64,000 bases of DNA from Candidatus Foliamicus sp. Its GTDB lineage: Bacteria; Pseudomonadota; Gammaproteobacteria; Steroidobacterales; Foliamicaceae. Each line of letters starts with the position of its first letter. Within the stretch, counting starts at the first letter, position 1. This document shows positions 18,987 through 27,360 of this stretch, piece after piece. Where the stretch lies: assembly GCA_965238055.1 (NCBI GenBank), contig OZ250178.1, forward strand, positions 3,304,874 through 3,368,873. Direction: 5' to 3'. The notes under the pieces were generated by a model. That model saw only the letters and a program-made list of their open reading frames with translations, did no database searches and was not told the DNA's origin. A program made the position numbers and the translations under genes.

Positions 18987-19744
18987 GCACGCCGCTGCTT
19001 GAAATCCGCGATCTCAGGGTTAGCGTCGAGGACAAGGAAATCCTGAGCGGACTGTCCCTTGAGGTCGGAGCCGGGGAAGTCCACGCCATCATGGGACCCA
19101 ATGGGGCCGGCAAGAGCACGCTGGCGCAAGCGCTGGCCGGGCGGGACGGTTATGAGATCACCAGCGGCAGCGTTCGGCTGGACGGCGAGGACCTGCTGGA
19201 AATGAGCCCCGAGGAACGCGCCTGCAAGGGGCTGTTCCTTGGTTTTCAATACCCGGTAGAGATTCCGGGCGTTAGCAATATGTACTTGCTGCGTTCTGCC
19301 GTGAACGCTCAGCGCAAGGCGGCCGGACAATCCGAAATCAATGCGGCAGCCTTCCTGAAGCAAGCCCGCCAGGAGGCCGCGCGGCTGAAGCTCAAGCCCG
19401 AGTTGCTCAAGCGTGGCGTCAATGAAGGCTTCTCCGGGGGCGAGAAAAAGCGTAATGAAATCCTCCAGCTTGCCGTGCTGCGGCCACGGCTGGCCGTGCT
19501 GGACGAGACCGACTCGGGGTTGGACATCGACGCTCTCAAGGTAGTGGCGTCGGGCATCCGGGCGTTGCGGGACGGAAAACGGGCCTTTGTGCTGATTACG
19601 CACTACGAACGAATCCTCAACCTCGTCTCCCCCGACCAGGTGCATGTACTGGCGGGCGGGCGAATCGCCCGGTCGGGCGGGGCGGAACTGGTCAGCAAGC
19701 TGGAAGCTTCGGGATACGAAGCTTTTTTGCCGGAGGCCGCATGA
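18983..19744 (+). CDS. sufC: Fe-S cluster assembly ATPase SufC
   Basis: 253 aa with Walker A 'GPNGAGKST', '[13 protein letters not shown]' and '[13 protein letters not shown]'. Confidence 0.95.
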
Positions 19745-20601
19745 CCGCCAGGAATTCGGAAATCATCGTTGCCGCCGGCGAGCGGCGCTCGGAGGTGATC
19801 CGTATCGCCCATCGGGCGGGAGACCGGTACACGCATGCCCTGCATGTGCAGCTCGGGGCCGGCAGTTCGCTGAAGCTTCAGGAACTTCATGAGGGCAGCG
19901 GCGCCTGCGAGGTGCGCTTGCAGGTAGACCTGGACCTGGCGGCCGGCGCCTCCATGCGCCATATCACCGTGGTGGACGACGGCGGAAACGGTCGATTCCA
20001 GATGGATCGAAATGCACGCCTTGCAGATCAGGCGGAGCTGAAATACACGCGTGTCGGATCGGGCGCCGCAAGCGACTGCGAAGTCCTGCGGATCCGAATG
20101 GAAGGTGCGCGGTCCCGCTTCCGGCATGGCGCCCTGATGATGGCGGAATCGGGCCAGCACGCCGAATTGGACCTGGAAATCGCCCACCATGCCCGGCACG
20201 CGGAAAGCGACAGTCTCTGCCGCTGTGTTTTGGGGCCTGAAGGCAACGGCCGGTTTACAGGAAAGATCCTGATCTCCCCGGAAGGGCAAGGCGCCGACGC
20301 CCGATTGCGGAACGACAACCTCCTCCTGGACGAGTCCGCGCACATGGAAACACGTCCGGAACTCGAGGTATACGCAGACGAGGTGCAATGCGCTCACGGC
20401 GCCGCCACCGGCGCGCTGGACGAAGCCGCCTTGTTCTACCTGAGGACCCGCGGCATGTCGCCTGAGCAGGCCCGCGCGATGCTGGTCCGGGCGTTCGCGT
20501 CTCGAATCAGCGGCGCCATCCAGCCGGCGGAAGCGGCGGAAATGGCCGGCGCCATGCTTAACCGCGCCCTCAAGGACGACGTGGCAAAGCTGGCTGCGTG
20601 A
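19741..20601 (+). CDS. sufD: Fe-S cluster assembly protein SufD (short form)
   Basis: 286 aa. It lies between sufC and sufS and has the C-terminal SufB/D block 'ELEVYADEVQCAHGAATGALDEAALFYLRTRGM'. It is shorter than enteric SufD. Confidence 0.8.
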   Translation: MTARNSEIIVAAGERRSEVIRIAHRAGDRYTHALHVQLGAGSSLKLQELHEGSGACEVRLQVDLDLAAGASMRHITVVDDGGNGRFQMDRNARLADQAELKYTRVGSGAASDCEVLRIRMEGARSRFRHGALMMAESGQHAELDLEIAHHARHAESDSLCRCVLGPEGNGRFTGKILISPEGQGADARLRNDNLLLDESAHMETRPELEVYADEVQCAHGAATGALDEAALFYLRTRGMSPEQARAMLVRAFASRISGAIQPAEAAEMAGAMLNRALKDDVAKLAA

Positions 20602-21866
20602 CCGGCATGAGCAGCGTCACCGCCCGCCTGGCCACGGCCCCGGTCCGGGAGCAGCTCCCGGCCGACAGTCTGCGCGCTGATTTTCCCAGCCTGGCTACCC
20701 GCGTACACGGCAAGCGACTGGCCTACCTTGACAACGCCGCCTCCACCCAGCGGCCGCAGCGGGTGATGGACGCCATTAACGAATACGAAACCGAGATGCA
20801 CGCCAACGTGCACCGCGGCGTGCATGCGCGTTCCGACAAGGCCACTGCGGCTTTTGAGGGTGCGCGCGAGCGAACCCGGGCCTGGCTCAATGCCGGCTCA
20901 GGCAAGGAAATCGTCTTTACCCGCGGCGCCACAGAGTCCATCAACCTGGTGGCGCGCTGCCTGGACGATCAAATGGATTCGGACTCCGTGATCCTGCTGA
21001 CCGAGATGGAGCACCACTCCAATATCGTGCCGTGGCAGCAACTTTGCCAGCGCACCGGCGCGCAAATCCAGATCGCCCCAGTGCTGGACACCGGTGAGCT
21101 TGATCTTGCCGCCTTCCGCGGGCTGATCAGCCGCAAACTCAAGCTGATTGCGGTGACCCATGTTTCCAATGCAATGGGCGTCATCAACCCGGTGGCGGAA
21201 ATTTGTCGCATGGCACGCAATTCGGGTGTCCCCATTCTGATTGACGGCGCCCAGGCCGCGGGACACATTCCGTTGGACATGCGGGAGATCGACTGCGACT
21301 TCTACGCCCTGTCCGGACACAAGATGTACGCACCCACCGGGATCGGAGCGCTTTACGCGCGTGAACCCTGGCTTGATGAGCTGCCCCCGTTTCTCGGAGG
21401 CGGCGAAATGATCCTCGAAGTACGTTTCGATGCCACGACCTACAACGATCCACCACACAAGTTCGAGGCCGGCACGCCCAATATCTCCGGCGCCATCGGC
21501 CTCGGGGCTGCCATGGATTACCTTTCCGCACATGGCCTGGCCCGCCTGGCGGCGCTGGAGCACGAACTGCTGGAATACGCCACGGAGCGCCTGCAAGGTA
21601 TTGAAGGCCTGCGGATCATCGGCACGGCATCGCCGAAATCGGCGGTTGTGTCTTTCGTCATTGAGGACATCCACCCGCACGACCTCGGGACGATACTGGA
21701 TCACGAAGGTGTGGCCATACGAGCGGGACACCATTGCGCCATGCCACTCATGGAACGCTTCGGCCTTCCGGGCACCGCGCGTGCGTCCTTTGCCTTCTAC
21801 AACACCCATGACGAGATCGATCGCCTTGCCGACGGGATCGAAACCGCCCGCAAGCTTTTTGCCTGA
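20598..21866 (+). CDS. sufS: Cysteine desulfurase SufS
   Basis: 422 aa with 'YLDNAASTQRP', 'SGHKMYAPTGIGALY' (PLP Lys) and 'RAGHHCAMPL' (active-site Cys loop). Confidence 0.93.
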   Translation: MTGMSSVTARLATAPVREQLPADSLRADFPSLATRVHGKRLAYLDNAASTQRPQRVMDAINEYETEMHANVHRGVHARSDKATAAFEGARERTRAWLNAGSGKEIVFTRGATESINLVARCLDDQMDSDSVILLTEMEHHSNIVPWQQLCQRTGAQIQIAPVLDTGELDLAAFRGLISRKLKLIAVTHVSNAMGVINPVAEICRMARNSGVPILIDGAQAAGHIPLDMREIDCDFYALSGHKMYAPTGIGALYAREPWLDELPPFLGGGEMILEVRFDATTYNDPPHKFEAGTPNISGAIGLGAAMDYLSAHGLARLAALEHELLEYATERLQGIEGLRIIGTASPKSAVVSFVIEDIHPHDLGTILDHEGVAIRAGHHCAMPLMERFGLPGTARASFAFYNTHDEIDRLADGIETARKLFA

Positions 21867-21870
21867 CGCA

Positions 21871-22395
21871 ATGAACGCAGACCTGCAAAGCCTCTACCAG
21901 CGCACCGTGCTCGAGCACTGCCGTTCACCGCGGAATTTCCACGCGATTGAAGAAGCGGACCGTGTGGCAAAGGGCTTCAATCCCCTGTGCGGCGACAAAG
22001 TAACGATTTACCTCCGCGAATCCCCTGGGAACGAGGGCGTCCTCGCCCTCGCCGCGGGCGTCCCGCCCTCACCTGGGAACGAGGGCGTCCCGCCCTCGCC
22101 TCCGGCCATCACCGAAATAACCTTTGAAGCCGCAGGCTGCGCCATCTGTCTGGCCTCGGCATCCATGATGACGGAATTACTCGGTGGCGAAACGTCCGAG
22201 ACTGCCCGCCGACGCGCCGAACAGGTGCTCGCCGCATTCGAACCCGGCGTCGAGAACGGGTTGAGCGACCTGGGCGACATCGTGGCCCTGGGCAGCGTAC
22301 GCGCCTACCCGTCCCGAATTCGCTGCGTCACATTGCCGTGGCGGACATTCACCGCGGCGCTGGAAGGCGACTCCGGCACCGTGAGCACCGAGTAG
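21871..22395 (+). CDS. sufU: SUF-type NifU/IscU-like scaffold (SufU) carrying an in-frame REP-derived insertion
   Basis: From ATG 21871: 'MNADLQSLYQRTVLEHCRSPRNF...NPLCGDKVTIYL' and 'ITFEAAGCAICLASASMM' are SufU hallmarks. Between them lies 'RESPGNEGVLALAAGVPPSPGNEGVPPSPP', which is encoded by repeat DNA. Confidence 0.8.
   Translation: MNADLQSLYQRTVLEHCRSPRNFHAIEEADRVAKGFNPLCGDKVTIYLRESPGNEGVLALAAGVPPSPGNEGVPPSPPAITEITFEAAGCAICLASASMMTELLGGETSETARRRAEQVLAAFEPGVENGLSDLGDIVALGSVRAYPSRIRCVTLPWRTFTAALEGDSGTVSTE
22024..22098. repeat. Two REP-family copies inside the sufU coding sequence
   Basis: CCTGGGAACGAGGGCGTCCTCGCCCTCG (22024-22051) and CCTGGGAACGAGGGCGTCCCGCCCTCG (22072-22098) share the core found at 8818, 22958, 26486 and 52437. 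Confidence 0.8.
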
Positions 22396-22400
22396 ATAGC

Positions 22401-22952
22401 ATGTTTGGAAACCAGAGCGAACCGGTAACGCTGACCCGCGACTGCAAGGCGGTGATCATCCCCGCCGGCGAGGGAGCACAGTTGAGGGCGGGACAGCTGG
22501 TGTTCATTACCCAATCCCTGGGAGGCAGCTTTACGGTCTACGTGGACGGCTGGCTTTATCGCATTGCCGGGGCGGACGCCGACGCCCTTGGCAAGAAGCC
22601 CGTAGAACCTCCGAAACTTCCGGCTGACGCGGCCGATTCGGACGTGGAGGCGGTGGTCTGGGAGCAGATGAAGACCTGCTTCGACCCGGAAATCCCGCTC
22701 AATATCGTGGACCTGGGCCTGGTGTATTTCTGCGAGGTTACGGCAAGGAACGATGGCGAACGCGACGTTGCCGTGGAAATGACGCTGACCGCGCCGGGCT
22801 GCGGCATGGGCGAAATCCTCGTAGAGGACGTTCGAGAGAAGATCGGGATAATTCCAACGATCAACGAGGTGGCGGTGGAGTTGGTATTCGATCCTCCCTG
22901 GAACCAGAGCATGATGTCCGAAGCCGCGCAACTCGAAGCAGGGCTCCTGTAA
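22401..22952 (+). CDS. sufT: SufT-like Fe-S assembly protein (DUF59/MIP18 C-terminal domain)
   Basis: From ATG 22401, 183 aa. 'VWEQMKTCFDPEIPLNIVDLGLVY' and 'MTLTAPGCGMG' are the DUF59 signature. Confidence 0.8.
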   Translation: MFGNQSEPVTLTRDCKAVIIPAGEGAQLRAGQLVFITQSLGGSFTVYVDGWLYRIAGADADALGKKPVEPPKLPADAADSDVEAVVWEQMKTCFDPEIPLNIVDLGLVYFCEVTARNDGERDVAVEMTLTAPGCGMGEILVEDVREKIGIIPTINEVAVELVFDPPWNQSMMSEAAQLEAGLL

Positions 22953-22957
22953 CCCCC

Positions 22958-23025
22958 CGGGAACGAGGGCGTCCCCGCCCTCGACAAAGTGAGCCCCCGG
23001 GAACCAGGGCGTCCCCGCCCTCGAC
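22958..23025. repeat. Two direct REP-family half-copies downstream of sufT
   Basis: CCGGGAACGAGGGCGTCCCCGCCCTCGAC (22958-) and CCGGGAACCAGGGCGTCCCCGCCCTCGAC (22998-). Confidence 0.75.
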
Positions 23026-23188
23026 ACCGAAACCAAGGCCTTGCCCAATGTGGAAACCTTGACCTTAAAGCGGGGGTGGCTCCGCCTCCAGCGGGAGTCG
23101 TTAACTCACAATGTAATGAATGTAAATTGGTCTGCTAGGATATGGAAATGATTAGAGAGAGTATGGGTGGGTATATGAAGGTGAGAAC

Positions 23189-26100
23189 ATGGATACACAC
23201 GCAGAATCCGGAACAAGACAAGGCGTAAGACGCGCTTCCAAAAGACAACGCTTCCCGCTTCGATTCGTAACCGCCGCGAGCCTGTTCGACGGCCATGACG
23301 CCGCGATCAACGTCGTACGCCGGCTTCTGCAGGCCGCCGGCGCCGAAGTTGTCCACCTCGCCCACAATCGATCCGTTGACGAGGTCGTAACCGCCGCCAT
23401 CCACGAAGACGCGCACGCAATCGCGCTCAGTTCCTACCAGGGCGGTCACCTGGAGTACTTCCGCTATACCCTCGACATGCTTCGAGAGCGTGGCGCCGGC
23501 CATATCCGGGTATTCGGGGGTGGGGGCGGCGTCATCATCCCCGAAGAAGTGCGGGAACTGCACGACTACGGGATAACCCGCATCTATACGCCGGAAGACG
23601 GCCAGAAGATGGGCCTGAAGGGCATGGTCGTCGATGTTTTCCGCAAGGCCCGCCGCGCCTTGAGCAAGGACATGCTCCAGGTATCCATGGACGGGCTCCA
23701 ATCAGGCGATTTCAGTGCACTCAGTCGCTCCATCACTTGCATCGAGCGCGGATTGACTGATCCCGGCGACTGGCCGCAAGCAGCTCGCAATGCGCCGGTT
23801 CTGGGCATCACGGGAACCGGCGGGGCCGGCAAGTCTTCACTGACCGACGAACTGGTGCGGCGGTTTCGCCTTTGTTTCGACAACCGCCTGCGGATCGCAC
23901 TCATTGCCGTTGACCCCACTCGCCGGCGTACCGGAGGCGCGCTGCTCGGCGACCGTATCCGCATGAATGCAATCGGTCATCCACAAATCTACATGCGCTC
24001 GCTGGGAACCCGCACCTCAGGCCGGGAAATCCCCCAGTCCTTGCCTGAGATTCTTACCGCCACCCAGCTCGCGGGCTTCGACCTGATCATCGTGGAGACT
24101 TCCGGCATCGGCCAGGGCGACGCGGCCATTACGCCATATGTGGACGCCAGCCTGTACGTAATGACGCCGGAGTTCGGCGCCGCGACCCAGCTGGAGAAGA
24201 TCGACATGCTGGATTTCGCCGACGTCGTTGCGATCAACAAGTTCGACCGCAAGGGAGCGCCGGATGCCCTGCGTGACGTTCGCAAGCAGATGATCCGCAA
24301 TTGGGAGGCCTTCGGAACCGCCCCCGAGGCGATGCCGGTCTACGGAGCGGTTGCGTCAAGGGTCAATGACGACGGAGTCACGGCCCTGTTCCACGGCCTG
24401 CTCGACACGCTGAAGAAAAAGGGCTTCAAGGCCATGATGGATGCATGGGGCGAACCTTTGCTTGCCCCCGTGCAGACCCGGGTGTCATCGCAAGCGGCCG
24501 CGGTGATTCCGGGTCAGCGAGTCCGTTATCTGGCCGAGATTGCCGAAACGCTTCGTTCCTACCATGATCGGGTGACCCGGCAGAGCAAAGTGGCGCGCGA
24601 AAGGCAGAGGCTTCAGGAAGCCATCCGCATGCTGGACGACGCCGGCAAGGGCGATGGTGGAGATACTCGGGCCGGCCTGGAATCGTTGGCGCGCGAGCGC
24701 GATGCTGCGTTGAACGATGATGCGCGTACGCTGCTCGACGAATGGCCGGCGGTGCGCGACAACTACGCGGGCAAGGAACACCTTGAAGTCTCGAAACACG
24801 GCGAGGTGCGCACTTCGCTCGTGTACACCACGCTTTCCGGGAGCGAAATGCGTAAAGTCGCCCTGCCCCGCTACAGCGACAACGGCGACCTCCTGCACTG
24901 GCTAATGCGCGAGAACCTTCCCGGCCGCTTCCCGTTCACCGCCGGCGTGTTTCCCTTCAAGCGCAGCGGCGAAGAACCTTTGCGCATGTTCGCAGGCGAA
25001 GGCGATGCGGCGCGCACCAACCGGCGGTTCCACTATCTCTCGCGGCACTCCGAGGCAAAGCGGCTTTCCACCGCCTTCGACTCGGTGACCTTGTATGGCT
25101 TCGACCCCGACCACCGTCCCGACATCTACGGAAAGGTCGGCAATTCGGGCGTTTCGATCGCAACGCTGGAAGACATGAAGGTGCTTTACCGGGGATTCGA
25201 ACTGTGTAACCCGTCCACCTCGGTTTCCATGACCATTAACGGCCCGGCGCCCACCATCCTGGCCATGTTCCTGAACACGGCGATCGATCAGCAGCTTGAC
25301 GCGTTCGCGTCCGACAACGGGCGTCCGCCGAACCAGCGCGAGTCTGCCGAAATCAAGGCTGATGCCTTGCGCCGCGTGCGCGGAACGGTGCAGGCGGACA
25401 TTCTCAAGGAAGACCAGGGCCAGAATACCTGCATCTTCTCCACCGAGTTCAGTTTGCGGATGATGGGGGACGTCCAGGAATACTTCACCCGCAATCAGGT
25501 CCGGCACTTCTACTCCGTATCAATATCCGGCTACCACATCGCCGAGGCCGGCGCCAATCCGCTCAGTCAATTGGCGTTTACGCTGGCGAACGGCTTCACG
25601 TACGTGGAGGCGTACCTGGCACGGGGGATGAAGGTCGATGAGTTCGCCGGGAACTTCTCGTTCTTCTTCTCCAATGGTATGGACCCGGAATACTCCGTAC
25701 TCGGCCGGATAGCCCGGCGCATCTGGGCGGTGGCGATGCGCGACCGTTACGGCGCCAATGAGCGCAGCCAGAAACTCAAGTATCACGTGCAGACTTCGGG
25801 ACGGTCGCTGCATGCCCAGGAAATCGAATTCAATGACATTCGCACCACGCTACAAGCGCTGATCGGCGCCTACGACAACTGCAACAGCCAGCACACCAAC
25901 GCCTACGACGAGGCCATCACCACGCCCACCGAAGAAAGCGTGCGCCGGGCCGTGGCGATTCAGCTCATCATCAACCGCGAATGGGGCCTGGCAAGGAGCG
26001 AGAACCCCAACCAGGGTTCCTTCATCATCGAAGAACTCACGGACCTGGTCGAGGAACAGGTGCTTCGGGAGTTCGAGCGCCTTTCAGAACGGGGCGGCGT

Positions 26101-26482
26101 GCTTGGGGCCATGGAGACCGGCTACCAGCGGGGCAGGATCCAGGACGAGTCCCTGGAGTACGAGCAACGCAAGCATGACGGCAGCCTGCCCATTATCGGC
26201 GTGAACACGTTCCTGCCCGACGAGTCCGCGGACGCCGACTCAACCACGATTCCACTGGCTCGGTCCACTACGGAAGAAAAGGAGGGTCAGATTCGCCGCC
26301 TCGAGGAGTTTCAACGCGCCCACGCTGGTGAGGCGCCGGCCATGCTGGAGCGGCTCAGGCAAGCCGTGATGAGTGGCGAGAACGTCTTCGAAGTCCTGAT
26401 GGAAGCGGTGCGCTGCTGTTCCCTGGGACAGATTACCGATGCCCTGTTCGAAGTCGGAGGCCAGTACCGCCGCAACATGTAA
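23189..26482 (+). CDS. icmF: Fused isobutyryl-CoA mutase (IcmF: B12-binding domain + MeaB-like GTPase + mutase catalytic domain)
   Basis: 1097 aa. It has an N-terminal B12 domain ('SLFDGHDAAINVV'), a P-loop 'GTGGAGKSS' with 'INKFD', and a C-terminal mutase TIM barrel ('FTAGVFPFKR', 'RMFAGEGDAARTNRRF'). Confidence 0.9.
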   Translation: MDTHAESGTRQGVRRASKRQRFPLRFVTAASLFDGHDAAINVVRRLLQAAGAEVVHLAHNRSVDEVVTAAIHEDAHAIALSSYQGGHLEYFRYTLDMLRERGAGHIRVFGGGGGVIIPEEVRELHDYGITRIYTPEDGQKMGLKGMVVDVFRKARRALSKDMLQVSMDGLQSGDFSALSRSITCIERGLTDPGDWPQAARNAPVLGITGTGGAGKSSLTDELVRRFRLCFDNRLRIALIAVDPTRRRTGGALLGDRIRMNAIGHPQIYMRSLGTRTSGREIPQSLPEILTATQLAGFDLIIVETSGIGQGDAAITPYVDASLYVMTPEFGAATQLEKIDMLDFADVVAINKFDRKGAPDALRDVRKQMIRNWEAFGTAPEAMPVYGAVASRVNDDGVTALFHGLLDTLKKKGFKAMMDAWGEPLLAPVQTRVSSQAAAVIPGQRVRYLAEIAETLRSYHDRVTRQSKVARERQRLQEAIRMLDDAGKGDGGDTRAGLESLARERDAALNDDARTLLDEWPAVRDNYAGKEHLEVSKHGEVRTSLVYTTLSGSEMRKVALPRYSDNGDLLHWLMRENLPGRFPFTAGVFPFKRSGEEPLRMFAGEGDAARTNRRFHYLSRHSEAKRLSTAFDSVTLYGFDPDHRPDIYGKVGNSGVSIATLEDMKVLYRGFELCNPSTSVSMTINGPAPTILAMFLNTAIDQQLDAFASDNGRPPNQRESAEIKADALRRVRGTVQADILKEDQGQNTCIFSTEFSLRMMGDVQEYFTRNQVRHFYSVSISGYHIAEAGANPLSQLAFTLANGFTYVEAYLARGMKVDEFAGNFSFFFSNGMDPEYSVLGRIARRIWAVAMRDRYGANERSQKLKYHVQTSGRSLHAQEIEFNDIRTTLQALIGAYDNCNSQHTNAYDEAITTPTEESVRRAVAIQLIINREWGLARSENPNQGSFIIEELTDLVEEQVLREFERLSERGGVLGAMETGYQRGRIQDESLEYEQRKHDGSLPIIGVNTFLPDESADADSTTIPLARSTTEEKEGQIRRLEEFQRAHAGEAPAMLERLRQAVMSGENVFEVLMEAVRCCSLGQITDALFEVGGQYRRNM

Positions 26483-26485
26483 CTG

Positions 26486-26538
26486 CTGGGAACGAGGGCG
26501 TCCCGCCCTCGACGAAGGCGAGACGCCCTCGTTCCCGG
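26486..26538. terminator. REP-family palindrome between convergent icmF and the hydrolase gene
   Basis: CTGGGAACGAGGGCGTC-(loop)-GACGCCCTCGTTCCCGG forms a hairpin. Confidence 0.7.
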
Positions 26539-26544
26539 AAGTTC

Positions 26545-27282
26545 CTAAGAACGTGCGGCGGCCAGGAACAGATCGGCGCAGGCCTGGGGGGCAGTCACCA
26601 TGGCGTCGTGACCGGTCTTCAGTTCCTCATACCCCCATTGGGGGTCCTCCTTCGCGTACATCGCGTGATCCTTTATTCCGCTGAAGGGCATTTCCGGGTC
26701 GGTACAACGGATGAACGTTCTCGGTACGCCGTTTTCTCCGCCGTTCTCGAACCGCACGGGATCGAGCCAGCTCTTGAGGGGATGTGGGGTCAGCCTTCGG
26801 TCCACCCAGGCAAGGACCTCCGCCGGCTCGGGCGGGATCCCGTAGATCTCTCCCGAACGGGCCACAATGTACTTTCCGTCCGGTGACATGCGCCGCCGGC
26901 GTTCGATATCGGCATCTCGTTCAGCAGCACTCATCTGCCTTCGAGACCCAACCAGGCTCTCGCCGTCACTCAAGACCACCGTATCGAGGTACACCAGGTG
27001 CCGCAGCCTGTCCTTGGCTCGATCCGCAACGCCTGAAATCACGCAGCCGCCGTAGGAATGGCCTGCCAGGACCACGTCCTCCAATTCTTCCCATTCAAGC
27101 ACGTTCACGATGTCCGTGATGTGAGTCTCAAGCCCGATGCCGGGGTGAAGCAGGTGTGAGCGTTCCCCGCAGCCGGTCAGCGTTGGCGTATACACACAAT
27201 GTCCTTGCTCTTCAAGGATGTCCCGAACGAATTTCCAGCACCAGCCCCCGTGGCCTGTGCCGTGGACAAGGACGAATGTCAT
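26545..27282 (-). CDS. Alpha/beta hydrolase (cytoplasmic paralog)
   Basis: 245 aa. 'FVLVHGTGHGGWCWKFV' and the nucleophile elbow 'GHSYGG'. It is strongly similar in protein sequence to 32628-33470. Confidence 0.85.
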   Translation of the reverse strand: MTFVLVHGTGHGGWCWKFVRDILEEQGHCVYTPTLTGCGERSHLLHPGIGLETHITDIVNVLEWEELEDVVLAGHSYGGCVISGVADRAKDRLRHLVYLDTVVLSDGESLVGSRRQMSAAERDADIERRRRMSPDGKYIVARSGEIYGIPPEPAEVLAWVDRRLTPHPLKSWLDPVRFENGGENGVPRTFIRCTDPEMPFSGIKDHAMYAKEDPQWGYEELKTGHDAMVTAPQACADLFLAAARS

Positions 27283-27360
27283 TTTTCCAGGGGTTCAGTT
27301 ATGAGTGACACAGGTAGTTCGGCATTCCAAATCGTGACGGCCCTTGCTGCTAGTTAGACT

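Noticed and set aside
22024-23025. Possible CRISPR array from the recurring GGGAACGAGGGCGTCCCGCCCTCG repeat
   Set aside because: Copies are dispersed over 44 kb and occur as inverted pairs or isolated doublets. There are no regularly sized unique spacers and no cas genes. This is REP-like rather than CRISPR.
23036-23188. Possible cobalamin riboswitch upstream of the B12-dependent icmF
   Set aside because: I could not recognise a B12-box or the conserved riboswitch core in this leader. The region is merely AT-rich. A cmscan against Rfam RF00174 would settle it.
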